From: Giardia intestinalis
Taxonomy: Eukaryota
Strand: one strand, 5' to 3'
Assembly (NCBI GenBank): GCA_000002435.2
Contig: CM018793.1
DNA length: 64,000 bases
Shown one piece after another: positions 57,774 through 64,000 of this stretch (positions are counted from its first letter, which is position 1; each line of letters begins with the position of its first letter). The position numbers and the translations under genes were made by a program. The notes under the pieces were generated by a model. The model worked only from the letters and a program-made list of their open reading frames with translations, was not told the DNA's origin and did no database searches.

Positions 57774-60587
57774 ATGTCCTGGTCATCACTGTTCGCGCTT
57801 TTAATTATTGCTATGCATGCTCATGATGAAGTCTGCGCACGCTGCCTTCATGATAAGTGCTTGCAGACGAGGCACGGCAGTGTATGCACTCATTGCGAGA
57901 CTGGATATGTCCCCTTGGAGGGCCGGTGCACCGCCACGGATGTGTCTTTCTGTCTTGTCGAATCAGAAGGGGGAGGTACATGTTCTCAGTGTGCCTATGG
58001 ATATAGAGGCCTCCTAAATGGTTGCTATCCTGTGCCACTGTTTGGAGTGCTTGACGGTAATGTATCTGCTGCCTCAGCCTTTTACATTTCCACTCACGTC
58101 CTTCTTAATGGCCAAATTCTCTTCACGGGGTGCTTTGCAAACAATGAACTGCCCATCAATGGTGTCTGCGCCGAGGACACTGACAATTGGTGTGCTCAAT
58201 CTGGAGAGACTGACTTTAGCTATGGAACGTCCTGTTTGCGGTGCACAGGGACTAATGTGTTCTATTTCAAGGGAGGATGCTATAACACCAAGACAGAGCC
58301 TGGCAGCCTGATTTGCAAGGCAGCTTTGGATGGAGTCTGTACTGCTTGCAATACCGATAGCGGCTACGTGTTCGAGAACCCTAGTACAGGTACGAAGACA
58401 GACCAGTGCATATCATGCGGCGATGGATATGGAGCCGATGGGTACAGTGGCGTTGAAAGTTGTAAAACATGTGTAGCGCCAAGTGGAAATAGCAAAATAG
58501 CTACGTGCTCTGCATGCCCAGATGGCTATAAATTTAACATTGCACACACTCGGTGCTTTAACTGTGCATTGCAGGGGTGCTTAAACTGTGATGGCTACGA
58601 CAGCTGTGAACACTGTGACACCGGCTTCTTTATGGCTGATCAATCGTACAGCAAAATCTGTGTTACGACGTGTCCATCAGGAACGTTCCCGTTTGTCAAC
58701 TCCACTGGATATAATAAGTGTTTCTCGTGCTCAAGTTCTGATGGAAGTGATTCTATAGCTGTAGAGCGCATACCAGGCTGTGAAACATGCGCAGTTGGTA
58801 GTGGCAACCTCCTGACATGCAGCGCATGCCTACAAGGGTATCAGCTCACGCCCACTGGATGCAAACAGGTTTGCGCTGACGTATTAGGGTGCGGTTTAGA
58901 TGCTTGTACTGTTGTCATAGGCTCTATGTCATACTGTTCAAAGTGCAAAAGTACAAATAACTATGCGCCCATAAACGGAGTATGTGAATATGTTTCCATG
59001 AATGATAAGTCTGGTTGCAGAAGAGAAGAAACTATCGCTGGGGTCTGTCCTCAATGCGGTGAGGGGTATTTCCTGCACATGAATGGTTGCTATAAAGCTG
59101 ATCAGGCTCCAGGAAATCTTGTGTGTAGCAGTGTTGGAACTGGTAGTCGATCTCTTAGAAACGCTGGCGCAGGGTTGTGCAGCGTCTGCGGGTCAGGGTA
59201 CCGTGCTAAGCATGGGCGGTGTATATCATGCAATAAACAGCACTGCCTTGAATACATCCCAAACACTTGTGTATGCACGCTATGCGAGGACAACGTTCTC
59301 CTAATTCAGGGGGAGTGCGTTTCGTTTCCCAGTTCCGGGTGCAAGGTGCCCTACTGTGCGCTGTGCGAAAAGAAGCTGGAAGTGTGCACGCGTTGTGAGG
59401 CCAGCTACTATATCACACCCCTGCACGGATGCACAAAGGACTGTGAAGACCTCATGGGATACCACAACAACGCTGATCTGGGCAAATGCGTTAGATGCAG
59501 AATTAGAAACTGTTACAAGTGCTACGATAGCGCTCGCTGCTCAGAATGCTCTACCGGATACGGGCTCACGGACAACCAGCAATGTGTACGGTGCCCCAAG
59601 AACTGCTTTGCATGCGCACATCACAATAAGTGCACGACATGCAAGTCTGGATACATCTTGAGTGACTCCGAAGTATGTGAGTCGGAGGATGAGTATAAGG
59701 TGGATTGCAAACATGCTGACGCTAAATACATCAAGTACGAGTTCGCACGTCATATAAAGGGATCTGTGCGCCAGAGATTAACGGCCTCCATGTGTTCAGA
59801 ATGTAATGCTGGTAAGGTGCCCATAAACGGTAAGTGCGTTTCAGTATCTGCAAAAGCTCCGAGTTGCACGCCTGGGACCGGGGAGAATGCTGGAAAGTGC
59901 ACCCGCTGCATAAGTAGTGGCAGCTCAAATAGTACCTTCCTTTATTCAGGGGGTTGCTACGATAGCAATACTAACGTGGGTAAGTCTCTCTGTGCAAGCG
60001 TTGGCGACAACGGATTGTGCGCCAGGTGCCCACGGGGCGGGTTTATGCTCGACACCAGTCGTAATGAGTGTGTACCGTGTCCCATGAACTGTATGAAATG
60101 TAACTCATCTGGCTGCCTAAGGTGTGATTCTGGCTGGCTGCTTATCGAAAGTGAGTGCGTGCCGTGCAAAAAAGGCTGCCTTGAATGCGGCAGTTCTTCA
60201 GACAAGTGCACAAGTTGCATCACTGGGTACTACGTAGCTGGAGCCACTACGTCATCTGGAAAGGAGGGGATATGCCGTAGGTGTGATGATACACAGGAAG
60301 TAGACGGTTGGAAAGGGATCCAAGGATGCACACTGTGTACACCACCAGTTTTTGCTGGAGAGGTGCTATGTTTGTCCAAAGAAGTGATAGAAGATGTAGT
60401 AACCCGCTCGCTCAGTTCTGGGGTCGTAGCAGGAATCTCTATTACAATAGTAGTTGTGGTTGCAGCGATCGTGGGGGTCCTAGTTTGGAAATATGTTTGC
60501 AAAAAGAAATCATCCAAACGCATCAAAATGGTTGACATGGACGTCAGCATCAATACCAGCCAGTACATGTCCACAAGCACTGTGTAA
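57774..60587 (+). CDS. High-cysteine membrane protein (HCMP), ~937 aa
   Basis: The track start at 57753 is TTG; the ATG at 57774 gives signal peptide MSWSSLFALLIIAMHAHDEV. There are several dozen CXXC motifs and three GGCY/NGCY motifs (KGGCYNTKTEPG, MNGCYKADQAPG, SGGCYDSNTNVG). A single C-terminal TM helix (VVAGISITIVVVVAAIVGVLVW) is followed by a 40-aa cytoplasmic tail ending ...STSTV, not CRGKA. Confidence 0.85.
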   Translation: MSWSSLFALLIIAMHAHDEVCARCLHDKCLQTRHGSVCTHCETGYVPLEGRCTATDVSFCLVESEGGGTCSQCAYGYRGLLNGCYPVPLFGVLDGNVSAASAFYISTHVLLNGQILFTGCFANNELPINGVCAEDTDNWCAQSGETDFSYGTSCLRCTGTNVFYFKGGCYNTKTEPGSLICKAALDGVCTACNTDSGYVFENPSTGTKTDQCISCGDGYGADGYSGVESCKTCVAPSGNSKIATCSACPDGYKFNIAHTRCFNCALQGCLNCDGYDSCEHCDTGFFMADQSYSKICVTTCPSGTFPFVNSTGYNKCFSCSSSDGSDSIAVERIPGCETCAVGSGNLLTCSACLQGYQLTPTGCKQVCADVLGCGLDACTVVIGSMSYCSKCKSTNNYAPINGVCEYVSMNDKSGCRREETIAGVCPQCGEGYFLHMNGCYKADQAPGNLVCSSVGTGSRSLRNAGAGLCSVCGSGYRAKHGRCISCNKQHCLEYIPNTCVCTLCEDNVLLIQGECVSFPSSGCKVPYCALCEKKLEVCTRCEASYYITPLHGCTKDCEDLMGYHNNADLGKCVRCRIRNCYKCYDSARCSECSTGYGLTDNQQCVRCPKNCFACAHHNKCTTCKSGYILSDSEVCESEDEYKVDCKHADAKYIKYEFARHIKGSVRQRLTASMCSECNAGKVPINGKCVSVSAKAPSCTPGTGENAGKCTRCISSGSSNSTFLYSGGCYDSNTNVGKSLCASVGDNGLCARCPRGGFMLDTSRNECVPCPMNCMKCNSSGCLRCDSGWLLIESECVPCKKGCLECGSSSDKCTSCITGYYVAGATTSSGKEGICRRCDDTQEVDGWKGIQGCTLCTPPVFAGEVLCLSKEVIEDVVTRSLSSGVVAGISITIVVVVAAIVGVLVWKYVCKKKSSKRIKMVDMDVSINTSQYMSTSTV

Positions 60588-60792
60588 ATTACTGTAAGAT
60601 AATGTCGGCATCATGTCTTGATCCACGGGTGTTCGCCCTTAGTGTCCTGGACAATACAGTGAGCCTCCACGGAACAAATACAAAGTCCTTATGGTGTTCT
60701 CATAGTAGTAGAGTTGTCGAACATATTTGCTTAAAAGTTTTTACACTCCAATTTGCAAAAAAGTTTGTGTTTTAACTTTGTTTTAAATTTTA

Positions 60793-63700
60793 ATGACAAA
60801 CCCGCCTCCTCTCGCAGAGACGATCCTGCAATGCAGCAACCCGGAGCAGGAGATGTTCCGCTCTCTCAATGTGGACATGAGCGACCGCAATGACGAGATC
60901 ACCAACAAGCTTGTCCTCAGGGAGTACATAAATATGAAGCTCCAGACCCTTGGATACGAGCCAATTCCGTCGTTAGAGTCGCTTGTACTAACAACACCTG
61001 GTTCCACAAACTCACAGAGTGCTTCACAGGCAAATACGCCTGGCCCTGCCCACTGCATCCAACCCTACAGCAAGCCTTGCGCAGAGTCAGGTGTGACGTC
61101 CGCTCAACATGAAGTTGTGACGGTGTCGTCTATTGCGCGAGATCTGCTGAGGTCTCTCCGTATTGCAGACATTGCACTAGCGGATCACCCATCTCCTGTT
61201 GACATGCGTATCCAGGACTTCATTAACCAGGACCTGAAACCCTTCCCAGGCCTCTCTGCGGACGAGGTAGCTGCACTGAATCTTCCTCCGAAGGCGAACT
61301 GCTTCTCTATGGATCGCTGTGGAATCTCATTCGAGCTATCTACGCCTTTTGACTCGAACTACTACAAGGCAAGTGGCACAGAAGCAGTTCACCTCCCGCA
61401 GGGTCTCCTTGCCAACCCAGAGTCTGACAAACGCACCACAGTGGGAACATTTCATGTTGCAGAAGGTCATCTGCCGATTCCACAAGATAAACTGGCGGTC
61501 CCCACGCGAACCTTCATCCACTTGCTTTCACACGCCCTACATCCACCGAAGGAAACGATGGAGCTTCCATTCACGGGTACCCTCCCTGCTGAGAAACGCT
61601 GCCGCTGCTGGTGCTCTGCCTACCTGACCCCTGTGGTGCAGCCAGGCGTCAGTGCAAACTTTCCTCAGAAGCACATGGAAGTGCGCTTCTTTGTTCCAGG
61701 AGCCTACGTCAGCAATTTAGCATTCGTTGAGTATATTTTTGGGAACGCTGGGGATCCCAGCCTTCCCGAAAACGATCTCTGGCTCAAGCCTGACCGGAAC
61801 ATTGGGGTCACCAGCTGCATCATCATAGCGCCTCACCTGCGCAAGCTCCGAAAGAAGGACCTTGGCCTGCCTAACGTTGCGGATGCAACAGATCGCCAGA
61901 AGAGGGATGGAATGTGCTGGGCATCTGAGGATGAACTGTACAATGGTGGAAAGGCGTTTAAGATCTGTTACCGCTCCAAGGAGGGTGTGTCGATCACGCT
62001 TGTTGCAGACACCTACTACGGCTACTCTAAGAAAGAGATAAAGACGCAGATTTCATATGCTGCCAATGTCCGTGGAAATGCAGAGGAGGAACACAGCGGG
62101 GGCTGTCTCGCTTTCCCTGTTATGTCGTGGGGTCGCAACTTCCGTGCGGATGATAAGCGCATCGGGCTTGTTTCTACCGTGGACGAGCATTCGAATCCAC
62201 GCAGACTTGTTCGTGAAAACTCGTGTCTTTCAACTGGCCTCCCGACAACCTGTCATACGTTCAACGAAATGAGGAAGCTTTTGGCTCCATCTCCAGCGTC
62301 CCTATTCCTGACACTTACCTCTCAAAATTCATCGGGACACGATGGTTCTTCCAAGAAGAGTATTTCTGCGCACGTGAAGCCTGTTGCCACTTATAACAAG
62401 GCAAGGGGTGTTCTGATTGACACTCGCTACCCAGATGACATCGTTTATGTGCCTGAGACTATGTCTATCGATTTGGCCACACGGCACATCAGCTGGACTC
62501 ACCCTGAGTCGGGGGAGCAGATCACAGAAACCATCCTGGCCAATGTCGACTACATCCTCCCTAATGGATACCGTGTTCGCTTAATTCGTCACCCTATTTC
62601 CCATACCTGGATGATTAAGGGAACAAGCGCCGAAGCGATTTGCAATTTCCATAAGCCATTCACTGTCTCCGGGGGTGGAAAGTCAGAGATCAGCAAATCG
62701 GTCCTGGACGCAATAACTTCGGGGACCTTCTATGTAAAAAACTTCGACGATCTAAAGACACAGGTTGATACCGTGTTCAACTACGACTTTCCTAAGAGGT
62801 TCCGCGACGGAAATATCAAGGCAACATCACGCCACATCCTGTCCGAAGATCGTACGCTGGGGTCTGTGATCAAACTTCTAACGGTTGACTATGATATCTA
62901 CACCGATGAGTATAACGAATGGCTCGAAAAGCTTCATAAGGAGATGCCGGATGTCATTGGCTTTATCTTTATTCTAAAGGCTCTCTATCGCCCGTCCTGG
63001 GGTGACTACGACAGCTGGAAAACCAGATTCAGGGTTGATAAGATGAACGGGTCAACAAGTCACACTATCATTTACCAGGATGCACCCCTGGCCGTTAACT
63101 ATTTGAGAGTGGGGTCTGAGAGGGACGAGAAGGGAATGTGGAGGTGGCGAAATTATCGCCTACGCGCAGATTACTACCCCAGCCAGAAGATTCAAACAGA
63201 GGATGACATTACGGCGTCCACAGTTGTGCGCAGCAAGGACCTTTACGACATGGAGATGGACGCAAGCTCAGCGTTGATGGGGTCGCACTGTGGATTGCCT
63301 ACGCCCAATACAGAGGGCGATGCCTCCGAAAAGTCCTACAAATTCGTCAGCAATTGTGAGTACCGCTTTTTCCAGCGCCCGGATGACTGCGTACACCCAG
63401 GAGCAGATAAGCAGTGCGAGATGGACCTCTCTCGTTGCAAGGGGAGGACCTTCATCACAAACTTCCAAAAGATCACTAGAAGCGAGTGCAAGGCAATGGC
63501 AGCCGATGTAATGAGCCTCGAAAAGTACACACAGCCTGTTCAGCAGCTGATCCGCGACTTCGCAGCAGGCGCTTATCCACATGAGGAGTACTGTGTCGTC
63601 TCGTCTCTTCCACGCATTACAGGGACAAAACCGGACGGCACTCCCATTCGCAGTGCTAATGTCCGCTACCTCCAAGACAGGCCTGAGTGGTACGAGCCGT

Positions 63701-63999
63701 GCAAGCGCGAAAAGTACTCTAGCGAGATTTCCCTGCGACTGGCGCGAGGGATAAGTCTAGAGAAGCCTGTGCTCCTGCCTGTTTCGCTGGTCGTTCCGGG
63801 GCGTAGACTGAATCCTAAGGACGGAGATATCAGGCCTCTCGCGGTCTTCAATCCGATGCACTATCAAGAGCTCCCAGAGCTTTTCATGGATCTGATCCCG
63901 TGTATCACCGGGAAGTCTCCATCCACGACTGGAGCTGGCGTTGAGGGGGCGCTCACAAAGGGCCCGTTCAACAGTATTCTTCCGATAGTGGACCTCAAC
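60793..63999 (+). CDS. Hypothetical protein, N-terminal >1,069 codons; continues beyond the window end
   Basis: ATG at 60793 preceded by an AT-rich initiator (ttttaaattttaATGacaaac). Manual translation (MTNPPPLAETILQCSNPEQEMF...) runs to position 63999 without a stop, so it is absent from the ORF track. No confident domain recognised. Confidence 0.6.
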   Translation, partial: MTNPPPLAETILQCSNPEQEMFRSLNVDMSDRNDEITNKLVLREYINMKLQTLGYEPIPSLESLVLTTPGSTNSQSASQANTPGPAHCIQPYSKPCAESGVTSAQHEVVTVSSIARDLLRSLRIADIALADHPSPVDMRIQDFINQDLKPFPGLSADEVAALNLPPKANCFSMDRCGISFELSTPFDSNYYKASGTEAVHLPQGLLANPESDKRTTVGTFHVAEGHLPIPQDKLAVPTRTFIHLLSHALHPPKETMELPFTGTLPAEKRCRCWCSAYLTPVVQPGVSANFPQKHMEVRFFVPGAYVSNLAFVEYIFGNAGDPSLPENDLWLKPDRNIGVTSCIIIAPHLRKLRKKDLGLPNVADATDRQKRDGMCWASEDELYNGGKAFKICYRSKEGVSITLVADTYYGYSKKEIKTQISYAANVRGNAEEEHSGGCLAFPVMSWGRNFRADDKRIGLVSTVDEHSNPRRLVRENSCLSTGLPTTCHTFNEMRKLLAPSPASLFLTLTSQNSSGHDGSSKKSISAHVKPVATYNKARGVLIDTRYPDDIVYVPETMSIDLATRHISWTHPESGEQITETILANVDYILPNGYRVRLIRHPISHTWMIKGTSAEAICNFHKPFTVSGGGKSEISKSVLDAITSGTFYVKNFDDLKTQVDTVFNYDFPKRFRDGNIKATSRHILSEDRTLGSVIKLLTVDYDIYTDEYNEWLEKLHKEMPDVIGFIFILKALYRPSWGDYDSWKTRFRVDKMNGSTSHTIIYQDAPLAVNYLRVGSERDEKGMWRWRNYRLRADYYPSQKIQTEDDITASTVVRSKDLYDMEMDASSALMGSHCGLPTPNTEGDASEKSYKFVSNCEYRFFQRPDDCVHPGADKQCEMDLSRCKGRTFITNFQKITRSECKAMAADVMSLEKYTQPVQQLIRDFAAGAYPHEEYCVVSSLPRITGTKPDGTPIRSANVRYLQDRPEWYEPCKREKYSSEISLRLARGISLEKPVLLPVSLVVPGRRLNPKDGDIRPLAVFNPMHYQELPELFMDLIPCITGKSPSTTGAGVEGALTKGPFNSILPIVDLN

Positions 64000-64000
64000 A

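Noticed and set aside
62168-62190. TTCGAATCC (tRNA T-loop-like) motif in gagcattcgaatccacgcag
   Set aside because: It lies inside a long uninterrupted coding frame. The flanking bases cannot form a T-stem (gagca versus ccacg are not complementary), and no acceptor or anticodon arm is evident. It is not a tRNA.

Overview
This window reads as a compact, intron-poor nuclear genome segment from a diplomonad, almost certainly Giardia intestinalis (lamblia). The supporting evidence, all from the sequence:

- One long cysteine-rich CXXC/GGCY-repeat surface protein ends in a transmembrane helix plus the invariant ...CRGKA tail of Giardia variant-specific surface proteins (VSPs).
- Two further high-cysteine membrane proteins (HCMPs) carry GGCY motifs.
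- Giardia-type AGTAAAY polyadenylation signals sit a few nucleotides after stop codons.
- AT-rich '…AAATTAAAAATG' initiators abut start codons, and intergenic spacers are only 8-100 bp.
- There is a NEK-like pseudokinase with C-terminal ankyrin repeats.

The supplied ORF track uses ATG, TTG and GTG as starts, so several gene starts were moved to the first in-frame ATG. About 25 genes are supportable:

- three giant hypothetical proteins, two of them truncated at the window edges (more than 1,940 aa and more than 1,069 aa);
- a VSP and two HCMPs;
- STT3 oligosaccharyltransferase;
- a phospholipase B-like Ntn hydrolase;
- a histidine acid phosphatase;
- an ARF-like GTPase;
- an eIF4E-like cap-binding protein;
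- an RPA70-like OB-fold/zinc-ribbon protein;
- a protein with a C-terminal SPRY domain;
- two very long coiled-coil proteins in divergent orientation;
- an Nsp1/Nup62-type candidate nucleoporin with FG (Phe-Gly) repeats.

No tRNA, rRNA, CRISPR array or transposon could be supported by eye. The findings most worth a second look are:

- the FG-repeat protein as a candidate Giardia FG-nucleoporin;
- a roughly 0.9 kb GC-rich non-coding island inside the unusually long 2 kb divergent spacer between the VSP and an HCMP;
- the divergent pair of coiled-coil giants with contrasting codon bias;
- a 20-bp near-palindromic bidirectional promoter;
- several convergent gene pairs whose stop codons are 8-45 bp apart, which implies overlapping 3' ends.
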